Below, in pieces: positions 24,561 through 36,938 of a stretch of DNA of 64,000 nt (positions are counted from its first letter, which is position 1; every line of letters starts with the position of its first letter). The notes under the pieces are model-generated. The model was not told where the DNA came from. It did no database searches and saw only the letters and a list, made by a program, of their open reading frames with translations. Both the position numbers and the translations under genes were made by a program. Origin of the DNA: Mobula hypostoma. Lineage: Eukaryota. The stretch is taken from positions 6,262,001 to 6,326,000 of the forward strand of contig NC_086126.1 of the NCBI RefSeq assembly GCF_963921235.1, given 5' to 3'.

Positions 24561-24713
24561 GTCTCCCTCTCCTGAGCCCATTTACAACAGTGAGGGCAAG
24601 AGGCTGAACACACGCGAGTTCCGAACTCGGAAGAAGTTGGAGGAGGAGAGACACAATCTTATTCAGGAGATGATTGCCCTGAATCCTGATTTCAAACCCC
24701 CAGCGGACTACAA
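24561..24713 (+). CDS. SF1: SF1 exon 4 (SPSP motif, helix hairpin)
   Basis: cacag|G...AA|gtacgt; SPSPEPIYNSEGKRLNTREFRTRKKLEEERHNLIQEMIALNPDFKPPADY(K). Confidence 0.96.
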
Positions 24714-25973
24714 GTACGTTAAAATCATTTAGTAGGTACACTCACCCTCCTAACCGTGGGTTATGAGTAGCAGTTTGAGGATGGATATGTAGATGAGGTA
24801 CAAAGAACGTGCATTTAAAAAGTCCAATATAAATTTAAAATGTTCCTCCAATGATCTAAAGCCAAAGGTTCTTTAGGAAAGCAGGGAAAATCAGAAAGGT
24901 CCCGTGTGGAACTGAATGTGAGAAAGGGTGGTGAATGCATTGCCCGAGTCGTTCTGAAAGGAACACAAGCCCATAAAGATGCCAAGCAACACTTGTTTAT
25001 TGGTGAGCAGGTGTGTTTAACCAGCCACTGCTCTTTGCAAATGAGTTTGGATCCTAGCATAGCAGTTAATGTATCGCATTAGCAGCACCGGTAGCCCCAG
25101 TTCGATTCTAGCCGCGCATTCTCCCCGATTCCGCATGGGCTTCCTCCGGCATCCTGAAGATGTACTGGTTCGTAGGGGAGTTGGACACATGGGTATAACT
25201 AGGTGGTGTGGTCTTGATGAGCTGGGAGGGTCTGTTACCCAGCTGTATCCTAAATAAATAACAAATTGCTGGGGGGGAACGAGATCTTGAACTGTCCCTT
25301 AACAAACTGGAATTAATTGAATGAAATTGTTGTCGTCTCACTGCCTGGGTTTGCTAAATGCTCCATATCACCCCTTGTTTGAAATGCCCAGAAAAAGGTG
25401 CAGTTCCTACCTTGTTCAGAATAACCCTGAAGCGGCTGGCGTGACTATTGGTACTAGGACCAGTGCCAGCGCCCTGGGTTCAATCCTGCTGCGGTATGTA
25501 GGGAGTTTTTTAATGTTCTCCCTGTAGTCACGTGGGTTTCCTGTGGGTGCTCTGGTTTCCTCCCACATTCCAAAGATGTTAGGGTTAGCATGTTCTGTTG
25601 CTGCCCAAAGCGTGCCAGTACTTGCAGGCTGCCCCCAGAACAGCCTTGGACTGTAAGTGTTGGTTGTTGAGGCAAGGGGCGTAGTTCACTGTATGTTTCG
25701 ATGTTTATGTGACAAGCTAATCTTTGATGCATAGCTGTGCATTATCACATTGAATGTTAGGATCAGCTCGAGGGGCTGAGTGGCCCACCCTGCTCCAATT
25801 TAAGATTAAAGATGGCGACTCCGGGCCAGGTATCAAAGCAGCACAGGAATGTGCAGATAGATGGGCAGTCTGACCCATAACTGCAACCTGCCATCCTGAT
25901 CCCACAGACTCGCTTGCTGCAGCGCAGCTTTTGTGTGCTGGGTTTAAGTTGCACTCCGTTCTACTTTCCACAG

Positions 25974-26063
25974 GCCACCGGCCACACGTGTAAGCGACAA
26001 AGTGATGATACCTCAGGACGAGTACCCGGAGATCAACTTCGTCGGATTACTGATTGGACCCAG
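25974..26063 (+). CDS. SF1: SF1 exon 5 (start of KH domain)
   Basis: ccacag|G...AG|gtaagg; [29 protein letters not shown](R). Confidence 0.96.
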
Positions 26064-26478
26064 GTAAGGAGCTCCCCTTGGTCTCCTCTTCACCCGGGAT
26101 GAGTACACCCTTGTGGTGTAATGGGCTGATTGATGCTTCTGTGTTGTATATAGGAGTGCCGAGCTGTGGGTTGTGAGGTATGGGTGCTACCTGCGCACCC
26201 CGAGACTCGCCACCTTGGCATGGTGGAGATGCTTGTGAATTGCTGAGGTCCCGGGAGTAATGCTATCTGGAGCTTAGCTCCTGCTGGAGTCACCCATGAC
26301 AGTAAGGTCAAGGGGGATGTTGCAGACAAAGAGTGATCTAATCTTTTGGAAATGTAGTTGCTGTTGTGGAGACCAAGGTGACAATTGAGCAGCTCGCCGG
26401 GTTGTGGTGATGTTGTTTGAAGTGTAACCAAGGCTCTAGGAGATGGCTGGCTCCTGTTAATTAGAAATCCCAGCAATA

Positions 26479-26690
26479 GAGATTCTGCAGATGCTGGAAA
26501 TCTAGAGCAATGCGCACAAAATGCTGGAGAAACTCAACAGGTCAGGCAGTGTTCATGGAGACAAATAAACAGTCGACGTTTCAGGCAGAGCCTCTTCATC
26601 AGTACTTGGCCTGAAATGTCGACTCTTTGTTCCTCTCCATTGATGCTGCCTGACCTCCTGGGCTCCTCCTGCATTTTGTGTGTGCGTTGC
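26479..26690. mobile_element. Fold-back Penelope-derived non-autonomous insert with 10-bp TSD
   Basis: CCCAGCAATA at 26469-26478 and 26691-26700; the two arms are inverted copies; hammerhead-like core on the minus strand at 26571-26606. Confidence 0.8.
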
Positions 26691-27292
26691 CCCAGCAATA
26701 AGGTGGTTTAGCCTTTCCCCGTATAATTTAATTGACTATTTCTTACATCATTTATAACTACTACTAATACTACTACATCGACTCAGGCCTAGGGGGCCGG
26801 CGTCGGGCATCATTTATAAACCTGAGGAATAAAAATCTTTATGTTATGTCTCCATCTAAATGTGCAATGTGCAATTTATAGTAATTTATAATATAGTATG
26901 TACAATATAACAGAAGTACAGTTGTGTCAGTGAGTTAATCAGTCTGATGGCCGGGTGGAAGAAGCTGTCCCAGAGCCTGTCGGTCCTGGCATTTATGCTG
27001 CGGTACCGTTTCCCTGATGGCAGCAGCTGCAACGGTGTGTGGTTGGGGTGACTCGGGTCCCCAACGATCTTTCAGCACCAGCTTGTATTATACCCTCATC
27101 CTGACTGAGCCAACTAAACCCTTGTCTTGGGCAAAGAGTTCTGGTACTAAGGCACTTGCAGCGTTGAACTTCCCACCGTGCAGGTGACATTGGTTTCCCT
27201 CTTCAAGCCTAAACACTTTACGCATGTTGTAGCGTAGTATGCCTAGGCCTGGGTGTCCTGGTTTGTTTCTGAGCCCTCTCTCTCTCTTTCAG

Positions 27293-27476
27293 GGGCAACA
27301 CATTGAAAAATATTGAGAAGGAATGCAACGCCAAGATCATGATCCGAGGGAAAGGCTCAGTGAAGGAAGGGAAGGTGGGGCGGAAAGACGGACAGATGCT
27401 CCCCGGCGAAGACGAGCCACTGCACGCACTGGTCACAGCAAACACCATGGAGAATGTGAAGAAGGCAGTGGAACAG
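27293..27476 (+). CDS. SF1: SF1 exon 6 (KH domain)
   Basis: ctttcag|G...CAG|gtaaag; GNTLKNIEKECNAKIMIRGKGSVKEGKVGRKDGQMLPGEDEPLHALVTANTMENVKKAVEQ. Confidence 0.97.
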
Positions 27477-28423
27477 GTAAAGCACCCCCTTTTTCCCTTG
27501 CCTGCTTATCCACATGCAACCAGAGATGAGAGCCCACTGGGTGATTGGATACATCTTTAGGAATCTGTTCCTTCATTATGGCCCTTTTTACAACATAGGT
27601 CAAGGGCTGGTAATCAGTAGTGCCTGGTGGTATAGTGGCATCAGCACCAGACTTCGGTGAGAATGGTCCCGGGTTCGAAACAGGCTGGCACCTTGCCGTG
27701 CTTGGTTGAGCGTTGAACTAGCAGCCCGGCCTCGTAAGAAAAGAACAAACAAATGCTAAGGAAATGGCCAAAAAATGCCACCTGATGCGTCACAAGGCGT
27801 AAAAGGGAACAAGGCTCAGTGCTGCATTCGCTAAAGTGACGGTAAAGCAGCTGCTTGTGGATTTGGTTGCAAGAGGGCATTCCTATCTCTGAACACACCG
27901 GGCTGGGTAGCTTAAATTCCAACCACTGGATTAGGGTTTCTGGGTCACTGCTCTAAACAGGGGGCGATGACTCTCTATTTGATAAATAGGATTTGCAGTG
28001 AAAGGTCAGAGTTGATTTTCTTTGACGTACAGCCATTCTCTTGTTCAAACTGCAACCTATGTTCGAAAATTAAAGTAGAATGGTTTGATGTATGTGTGAC
28101 AAAGATAATCTTTTAACATGGTTCAGAACGTCTACAAGGACTCATTAGGAAAGTGACTAAAATCGTGTGAAGCACACTGAAAGAGATGGAGGAGTTCCCA
28201 AGAGAATTCTGGAGCTTGGGGTCACAGTCAACTTGCTGAAGGTGCACAAGAAGTTAGAATGATGAAATTGACATGAGACCTCTTGTCCACGCCAACCTCG
28301 ATTCCTGTCTTTAGTTCGTCCATCTTTTGCTCATGGATATGCCTGGCATCACGGTAATGTGCCAGCCGGCTGGCGTAGGGAAGGGTGCGGCCGTGACTGA
28401 AGCTGTTGCTTGTTTCTGTGCAG

Positions 28424-28539
28424 ATCCGAGGTATCCTGAAGCAGGGGATTGAAACTCCCGAGGACCAGAATGACCTGCGGAAGATGCAGCTGAGGGAGCT
28501 GGCCCGACTCAATGGCACCCTGCGGGAGGACGACAACAG
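28424..28539 (+). CDS. SF1: SF1 exon 7 (QUA2)
   Basis: gtgcag|ATC...AG|gtaccg; IRGILKQGIETPEDQNDLRKMQLRELARLNGTLREDDN(R). Confidence 0.96.
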
Positions 28540-29123
28540 GTACCGCTTTCTATATAGATGTAGTTAGCAATTACGGTGAGAGGGGGATAATGATGGAGCA
28601 AATGGGCCAAATGGCCTATCTGCTTCTATTCTCAGCATCAACGGCACTATCTCTGTTCACTGTCTTTATGCTCCGCAGCGTATTGAGACAGACTCCATTT
28701 TCATTTTTTGAAAAATACTCACTTCTAACAGGTACCTCAAAGCCTGGGGAGAAGGTCATGGAGCCTAGAGGACTGCTGCTTGGAAACAGGCCCTTTGGCC
28801 CATTTATTCTGTGCTAAACTGTTACTCTGCCTAGTCCCATCGACCTGCACCTGAACCATAGCCCTCTTTACCTCTGCCATCCATGTACATATCCAAACTT
28901 GTCTTAAACATTGGCATTGAACCCGCACCCGCTCCCACTGACAGCTCGCTCCACCCTCCGAGTAAAGGAGCTTCCCCCTCAGATTCATCTTAACTATCGC
29001 ACCAAGCCGATAGGGAAGTGGTTGTAACAGAGTGAGGGATCTGTGCTCTCTGTGTGAGCTCCTGGGTTTGTGTCTTCCAAGCTGAAACAGCAACTTCAAT
29101 GTGCTTCCTGTTTTCCTGAGCAG

Positions 29124-29231
29124 GATCCTGCGGCCCTGGCAGAGCACGGAGCCCCGAAGCATCACCAACACAACGTTGTGTACAAAGTGCGGTGGGGCTG
29201 GACACATTGCATCTGACTGCAAGTTTTCTAG
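29124..29231 (+). CDS. SF1: SF1 exon 8 (CCHC zinc knuckle)
   Basis: gagcag|G...AG|gtcagt; ILRPWQSTEPRSITNTTLCTKCGGAGHIASDCKFS(R). Confidence 0.95.
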
Positions 29232-29897
29232 GTCAGTAACTGCTGCTCTGAGCTCGCGGAAACTGGGGGGGTGGTTGTTTTGTGCTGCTGTTGCTTGTCT
29301 GACCTGTCCAACAATGACAGGAAGCAGGTGCTGTTGAGTTTTTAAAAGTGGGAAAGCCGTCGCACTGGGGCAAGTTCACTCTCTCGACTTTGGAAATCTG
29401 GGTCACTGGTACGATTAGTCATAACTGGGGTCTTCCTTAGTTGCGAAGGGCCACCGTGACGTCTTCTGTGTCTGGTCATGTCCTCTCCACGCAGCATTAC
29501 AAAACGACCTTACTGGTCGTTGGAGCTGATTGGACATGCTAGGTCAGGCATGTCCCCACCTCTCCGGGTTATGAGACCCGCCAGCTCCCCTCACCTGGTT
29601 TAGCCCACCTTTCAAAGTGTTGTACTGGGATGGAGCCAATATCACATGTAAACAGCTACTTCAGTCCACCGGTGAGAGTTGAGTGGGGAGCTGCTCAAAG
29701 TAGGCCCTCCCTGGACAACTCAGACGCCCCTACAGAAGGTAAAGATACAAGATTTCTATGGTGTGCACCTCCCATTTTGTGAAGGTTGAACATTGATTGA
29801 GAGTTGAGGTGGGGAGGTTGTAGAGTGATTTGTTGTGAACAGAATAGCCTCCATTTGGCGGCTAGTTACCTTGTCTCTTCTTGCTGGCCTTCCACAG

Positions 29898-30078
29898 GCC
29901 AGGTGACCCACAGTCAGCTCAAGACAAGGCGCGGATGGACAAGGAGTATCTTTCGTTAATGGCTGAACTGGGAGAAGCACCGGTTCCGACATCGTCGACG
30001 TCAGTGGGACATCCAAGTACATCACAGCCCAGCGTCCCGCGCACCACAGTCCCCAGTAACACCCAGCCACAGATTCCA
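29898..30078 (+). CDS. SF1: SF1 exon 9
   Basis: ccacag|G...CCA|gtgagt; PGDPQSAQDKARMDKEYLSLMAELGEAPVP...QIP. Confidence 0.95.
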
Positions 30079-30622
30079 GTGAGTCCCAGCATTTCCTTCT
30101 CCTTGGTGTATGGTATCATTACCTTTCCCATTTCTCCTCCTCTTGGATAATAAAAGGGGACATGGGTAATTGGAGGAAAATATGGGGAGGAGTGGTCTTT
30201 AACAGAGAGCGGTGGGGGCATAAAACACCCTACTAGGGGTCGTTATAAAGGTAGGTGGATAAAGGACACTTGGGTACCTGGGTGATGGCAAAATGGAGGA
30301 CTATGTGGAAGGGAAGGGTGAGATTGATCTTAGAGTAGGAGAAAGGGTCAGTATTACATTGTGGGCTGAAGAGTACAGTACTGTGCTGTACTGTTTTATT
30401 TTTTTAAAACCTCAACCCCATCTTAGAGATTACCCTTTTCTCTTTACTGCAAGGGGAACCTTGCTGTTCTCTATCCCTCATTTCCTTTGCTTGTTCTTAC
30501 CCACTCATTATAATTTATGAATTGTAATCTTTACGTGGTCCTGTTTCCAAAGTATGGTCTAGATTATCAGTCATTCTGGGTGCAAAATGAGCCCAGTGAC
30601 AAACAGCCCACGTACCCGAGAG

Positions 30623-30910
30623 CCAATGTTCCCTCTAATTCCCTCTGACCAGTGTGCGCAAAAAACCTTGTGTGATTTTTTTTTTTTGCCCTGTGACAAT
30701 ATACACACTGAATAATTTCTTCAATAAAAATGGTCTAAATAAGCACCGTCCGCATCAGAAACCGGATAAGGAAACGTGACTCTACGATGGTGAGATATGC
30801 TTCACATGCCAACGAGGCAGAGGGTGACAACCTTTTGTGCGCAGTTTGAATTCCGTTGTGCAGTAGTTGCGAAAGGTGCGCGTGCATGCCCAGCTTAGAG
30901 GGAATGCAGC
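30623..30910. mobile_element. hAT-like MITE
   Basis: Imperfect terminal inverted repeats CAATGTTCCCTCTAA ... TTAGAGGGAATGCAG. Confidence 0.55.
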
Positions 30911-32526
30911 CTGTTGCCCAGAGACAAGCAGCCCACGTACCCAAGAGTCCAGTCGCCTACCGTAAGGCCTGTGATGATAGTCTCATAGCACAAAAGTGGG
31001 GAAGGGGGTCCCTCCAGCTCAACTGGTCCATGCTGACCCAGACACCCACTTTGGCCCATAACCCGCTAAACCTTCCCTATCCACATAGCTTCCCAATGTC
31101 TTCTCAATGTTGTTATGGTTCCTACTTCAACCACTTTCCCTGGCAGCTCGTTCCAGGTATGCGCCACGCTCTGCGTGAAGAAGTTGCCTCTTGCGTCTGT
31201 TTTAAATCTTTTTCCTCTCCGCTTGTAGCCTCTAGTTTTTGGTTTCTTTTCCTTGGAAAGGAAGTTGACTGTGATGGAATGGCAAAGCAGATTCGGTGGG
31301 GTGAATGGCCTAATTCTGCTTCTAACTCTTATGGTTTAAAAAAAAACGTTCTCCTATATATGCCACCTCTCAGATCCACACACTCCCGGGAAAAATAGTC
31401 CAAGTCTGCCCGAACTCTTCCAGTAGCCCAGGCCCTTGAGTCCTGTCACCATTCTTGCAAATCAGTAGTTCAGTCATTCCATTTAATATCAGAGAAATGT
31501 ATGCAATATACATCCTGAAATTCTTGTTCTTCGCAGATATCCATGAAAACATTAGTTCCCCCCCCACACACAAGCGGCAGCACAGCAACGACCCTACCCA
31601 CTTCCACAAAAAAGCATCAGCCCCCTCCACACACCAAGCAAGCAATAGCAAAGCCCCCGTGAAAGACCATAATCTGCAGAACAAAGGCTAATCTTTCCCC
31701 CAATAACTTGACATACCACAGGCTCGCTCTCTCTCCCTAATAAAAGGAAAAAGAGGTATCCCTTTCACAGCGAGAGGGGAGACGTACGAAAACAACTCAC
31801 TGTAGACAGCGTTAAAGGTCTGTCGTGCCAGTTTTCTCCAAGTTCTCTGCCCGGAGGATCTGCATCAATCATTCCCCCTCCAACTAGAGGGAGCGCACGA
31901 TTCGCCAAGTACACGGGCTCTGACAGCAGATCCGCTGTTCCCTATGTTCCGTTTTCTCCCGCGACGTCTCATCAGCGGCCCAGGCCTAGAATCAGCCCAT
32001 CCATAGGGCCGCAGCACCTCGGAACCCTGAAGTCGTGCTCCTCTTCCAGGCCACGTCCTTGGGATATGGAAAAGTGAGCCCCCAGGAGTGGGTGCCACCA
32101 AAGTCTTGAGTGTAACTCCAGGTCAGGGTCTTCAGAACCGCATCCCCCCTGAAAAGGAAAAGAAAGACATGAAAGGTAGAAGTAAGGCTGTTTCCACAGA
32201 TGAACATGAAGTAGTTGCCATTGTGAATCTGACTCCAACTTTCTGCTCTTATTCCATCTCACTAGGGTGGCAAAACTGATTTTATGGTGGTCCTCCGTCA
32301 CCACGTTGATACTTGTCGCTGCTTTAACGTGGAGTGGCTCCTATTGAATGTTGTGCATTCTGAGCCGAGCGGGAGGGTTGGGAGGGATGGGGTGAAGCTG
32401 GCAGGCCTGCACACACTGGGAGTCGTAGCTGACTATCCGAGGCTGAAATGAGTTAGCTGGACGTGACTACCAGCCTGCGATGCGGGGGTGGGCCAGAGGG
32501 TGACGTCCTTCTCTCCCGTTTTACAG

Positions 32527-32746
32527 AGCAGACCTCCGTGGATGAACTCGGGCCCCTCAGACAGCACCAGACCTTACCACGGGATGCACGGTGGCCCAGG
32601 AGGGCCGCACCCTGGCTTCCCGCCCCCGATGCCCAGCATGAGCGGACACCCGATCCCGCACAACCCCAACGGGCCTCCGCCACCTTGGATGCAGCCGCCG
32701 CCACCTCCGATGAACCAGGGTCACCCGCCCGTGCACCCACCTATGA
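32527..32746 (+). CDS. SF1: SF1 exon 10 (Pro-rich)
   Basis: ttttacag|AGC...A|gtaagt; SRPPWMNSGPSDSTRPYHGMHGGPGG...HNPNGPPPPWMQPPPPPMNQG. Confidence 0.94.
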
Positions 32747-34193
32747 GTAAGTGTGAACCTCCTTGGCTGCGTGCGTCCTGGGCCGTGTTCAGAGGGCCCA
32801 GGCGGGGGTGGGAGAGGTGATTACTCTGGGAGGGGTGGTCGGTGGGTTTTTTTTTCCGAGTCGGTACTGGAGCCTTTGACCAAGGTGGTTCAAAGGACAA
32901 GGCTGCTGTCACTTAAATAATGCAAATAAAACGAGCATACTGTGCAACTCGGTCAATAAACGTAAAACTAATACAAAACTGACACACTGATAACTGCTTG
33001 CTGCCATTCTCTCGCCTTTGTGTAATGGGCAGCGGAGGCAATTGGCGTGGATAATGTTGGTACAGTTTTCATGAGCAAGACTCCTCCAGCAGCGGGAGAG
33101 AGGACGGGCAAGCAGTTGGGTGATGTGTGGCTTGGAGAGAGGAGATTTGAGTGTGCGTGCGTGTGTGTGTTGGGTCAGGGCGGGAGGTGGTACGGCGGGT
33201 CTCAGTGGCAAACCGTGTTGCTGTGGCTGTGAGTTGTGCTGCTTGACGTGGCGTGGGGAGCACTGAACAGTTCTAACCTGGAACCAAGACACAGGCACTG
33301 TACGGATTTGCAATGACGGGGCCACAATTGAGAGGTTTGAACCCGACGGGGAAGGCTGAGCAGGCTAGAACAGGATAGGGTGAAGAGGTGAACAGGCAGA
33401 TCTTTTAAACTCATGAAAGGATCTGGTCAGTCGTTAAGGCAAAACCAAAAGTATGAGCTGGCAATGTAAGTGGTCCCGGATAAATCGGGGCCTGAATTCA
33501 GGAGGAACTTCTTCACTCCAAGATTGGGGTGAGAAAATGTAATAAATTTAATCACGGGTCGGTCAGTTGGCCCCTCAAACCTGCTGCTGCACTGCACAAG
33601 ATCGGCTCGCCGTCTCCCCCGTCCACCTCGCCTCGCCTCCCGATTTTATAAAAGCACGCTTTTCCCGCAAGTCTCTGCTGTGAACGTAACAGCCCACGGC
33701 CCCACGGTGTGGCTCCCACTGGGCGTGGTGGAACTGAACAGCCAAGGAGTATTTCGGCGGAGGGGGTGGGGTGGGAGGTGTTGCGGCGCTGGGTGGGTGG
33801 AGGCTGGTGTGGTTTGTACTTCAACTGCATGGGCTGTGGTTCCCTTCATCAACGCGGTGGAAGGGCAGGACTGCCTCTCCTCACCCCCTGCCCCACCCCT
33901 ACCACCTCTGCCGACAACGTGGGTCACCAGCTCCATGACCACATCTCCACTCGCAGGCAGGCAGACACCAGGCAAAGCTAACATAGCGAGAAGTAAACTC
34001 GTATTCCACACCCGCCCCTTTCTTTTTTAAAAAGTAAAGAAGTTGCCAGTCATTTCTGCGCTGAGGGCCTTCTGAGACTGTGACCCAGTGACTTTATTTT
34101 TGTACAGGCGACTCCTTGTCGTGTCTGTTTGCAAGGGTTTAGCGAAGCCTCCGCGTCCACCTCATCACAACCTCCTTTCTGTTTCTGTGACAG

Positions 34194-34385
34194 ACATGAT
34201 GCCCCATCCGATGGGGATGATGCCTCCACCACCCCCACCGCCAGCCAGCCAGCCTCCGCCCCCGCCCACCGGCCCCGTCCCCCCTTGGCAGCAGCCGCAG
34301 CCGCAGCCACAGCAGCAGCCGCAGCCACCGCCGCCACCTCCCAGCAGCAGCATGGCCTCCAGCGCACCCTTACCCTGGCAACAGA
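34194..34385 (+). CDS. SF1: SF1 Pro-rich penultimate coding exon
   Basis: gtgacag|AC...A|gtgagt; MMPHPMGMMPPPPPPP...SSSMASSAPLPWQQ; phase 1-1. Confidence 0.92.
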
Positions 34386-34519
34386 GTGAGTAAGGATGCA
34401 TTTCTACACTTCGTTTGTTATTTTGGAAAGCCTTCAGTAAATGCTTGTTAATGGACAGTGTCCTGTTGGTAAATCAAAAGAATCGTTCACTCTCAAATCA
34501 CGCTGGCTCACTTGCTCCC

Positions 34520-34932
34520 TCTGTCTAGTTGTCCAGCTCCGTCCCTGTGTCTCTGTCCAGTTGTCCAGCTGTCCAGCTCCGTCCCTGTGTCTCTGTCCAG
34601 TTGTCCAGCTGTCCAGCTCCGTCCCTGTGTCTCTGTCCAGTTGTCCAGCTCCATCCCTGTGTCTCTGTCCAGTTGTCCAGTTGTCCAGCTGTCCAGCTCC
34701 GTCCCTGTGTCTTTGCCTAGTTGTCTAGCTCCCTTTCTGTGTCTCCGTCCAGCTGTCTAGTTCCCTCCCTGTGTCTCTGTCCAGTTGTTTAGCTCCTTCC
34801 CTGTGTCTGTGTAGTTGTCCAGCTTCTCCCTGTGTCTCTGTCCTGTTGTTGAGCTCCCTCCCTGTGTGTGTCTAGTTATCCAGCTCTTTTGAGTTGTCTA
34901 GCTCCCTCTCTGTCTGTCTAGTTGTCTAGCTC
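34520..34932. repeat. Pyrimidine-rich degenerate minisatellite in the last SF1 coding intron
   Basis: Units of about 32-40 bp, GTCCAGCTCCGTCCCTGTGTCTCTGTCCAGTT. Confidence 0.85.
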
Positions 34933-35273
34933 CTTCCCTTTCGCTCTTCTCCCCACCCCCCCGCCACTCCTTGCTCTTGTCTCTGCTTGTCCCAGTTTCA
35001 GCCTCCGCCTCTTCTCTCTGTCCCCTGTGCTTCAGCTTGGCGAACTCCATGCTGACCCCCGACTGAATCAGCCGCCCTCCCCGGTGCCGGCCCTGGGCCG
35101 CACGCACCCTGTGAAGAGCTCCCGGGCGGCTCCGCTCAGCCGCTCGTCAGACTCCGTGTGGGCGGGATCACCCTGCCTCAGTAACAGGCCTGTCCTGGAG
35201 CTGAATGCCCAGTTTGTGCGTAGCACTCACTTTCCAAGTGACTGCCTCTGTGCCTCTCTTGCTTCTCTTGCAG

Positions 35274-35623
35274 ATACCAACACCACGACGACTACTGCGG
35301 CGACAGTCCCTCCGTGGCAGCAGCAGCAGCAGCAGCAGCCGCCTCAGGCCCAGCCCACGCCGGCCTCCAGTGCGGCCCCTCCTCCACCGATGCCTGCCGC
35401 CCCTTCTATGGTTCCCCCTCCCCCTGGGGTCCAGCCTCCCCTCCCCCCCGGAGCCCCACCTCCACCACCCCCTCCTCCACCCGGCACGGCCGGTATGATG
35501 TACGCTCCCCCACCCCCTCCCCCCATCGACCCCGGCAACTTTGTGATGATGGGGGTAGGCGTCCCGGCAATGCCCCCCTTTGGAATGCCCCCTGCTCCGC
35601 CCCCTCCCCCTCCCCAGACTTAA
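35274..35623 (+). CDS. SF1: SF1 last coding exon
   Basis: cttgcag|AT...TAA; TNTTTTTAATVPPWQQ...GVQPPLPPGAPPPP...GMMYAPPPPPPIDPGNFVMMG...PPPPPQT*. Confidence 0.93.
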
Positions 35624-36932
35624 AAGACCCCTTCCTTAATAACCCGTACCCTCGAAACATGTACAGATAAGGACATTCACTCTAAAGCCGGTGTCATGAC
35701 TGACGCAGGAACTCGCCAAGACACGCTTTTTGTGGAATTTTTTTTAAGATTTTAGAACAAAAACAAATAGGCACAACTGTAAACGCTAGAGAGCGGCCTC
35801 TGTGTCTCGAGCGGACAGAGAGCCCGCCATTGTGTCCGGCTCGGGGAAGTGCGGGAGTGCAGTTGGTTGTCGTTGAGGGGGGTGGAGCGAGAGGGAGGAT
35901 GGTAACGCTGCAAGCAGTTTCTCATAAATACCCCGAGTCTCTGAACTGTTACCATGATCAGTCAGAAGATGCGGGCGAAGGGGTCAGAGGGAAGTGCTCT
36001 CGCTCTTCCCCTCCCCTTTACCCCCTCCTTTTCCCTTTTACTGGGGGCGTGCGAGTGCCTGTGTCTTGTGCATTCCTGAATCTTCCAGAAGCTGCATCAG
36101 CGTTCTGGCGGTTAACAGGCTCAGCATCTACCGGAGGAAGCTGTCTCCGGTTGAACCAATGCCCACTATAAACTGGTTGTTTGGGGAGGGGAGGGGGAAA
36201 ACAGGGATCAAGAATTTGTATAGTTAAAGGCAGCAGTATCACTCGTTCTCTCCATGGTATAATAACCAGTTCAGAAATTAAAAAGTTCCACTTGCAAAGT
36301 GGCTTTCCGGGTGTTTCCAGTGTGAGCACCATATTGGTAGCTTGTGCTGGGCTCCCCGGGGGCTCCTGGCAGTGGCTTGTTTCGAAATGCGTAACGCTAG
36401 TAAATGTTGCACAGCGGTGGGGGGGTTGTTTTTCTTTTTGTTGTTGTTACGCCAACCAATGATCTTTCCTGGTGTTCCTCGTCCCCCCCCCATCCTCTCA
36501 CCTGATCTTTGGTGCTACAAGCAAGAGATATACGAGGAGGAGGAAGAGGTCTGTGTCTTCCCCCAAACCCCAAATTCAGAATTATCAAGCACCCTCCTGC
36601 TGCGAGAAGGTGGATGGGGCCTCTTGCTCCCTGCCAGATCCTGAACCAGAGAATCCGTGGGCCGTTGGTGCAGCCGTCGCTACCTCGGTTGCCTCCTGCT
36701 CTGCTCTACTCCCGTTCTCCAGGACCTCGTCCCTGCCAGACTTGGGGGGTGGGGTTATCCCTTTAAGCTGTCGACTGTTGTCTTGGGGGTTTCGCTCTGT
36801 AAAATGTTCTCGCAGGAATGGTGTGTAAAACTTTTTATTTTGGCTCAAGGTTGGAAGCCTGGAGCACTTCCACAGTTTGTTCCCTTGTGCTCTGTCTCAA
36901 TGTGAAGCATTTAAACAGAGGAAGATTAGCAA

Positions 36933-36938
36933 AATAAA
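36933..36938 (+). terminator. Putative SF1 polyadenylation signal
   Basis: AATAAA at the end of about 1.3 kb of repeat-free 3'UTR, followed by a U/GU-rich tract; repeats resume near 37050. Confidence 0.7.

Noticed and set aside
34922-35273. In-frame upstream extension of the last SF1 exon (233-aa ORF)
   Set aside because: The upstream AGs examined (34995, 35001, 35035) are not in the phase required by the preceding exon; the open frame reflects pyrimidine-rich intron sequence
32453-35670. Antisense and alternative-frame Ala/Gly-rich ORFs over SF1 Pro-rich exons
   Set aside because: Expected shadows of CCN/CAG-rich coding sequence with no independent start or splice support
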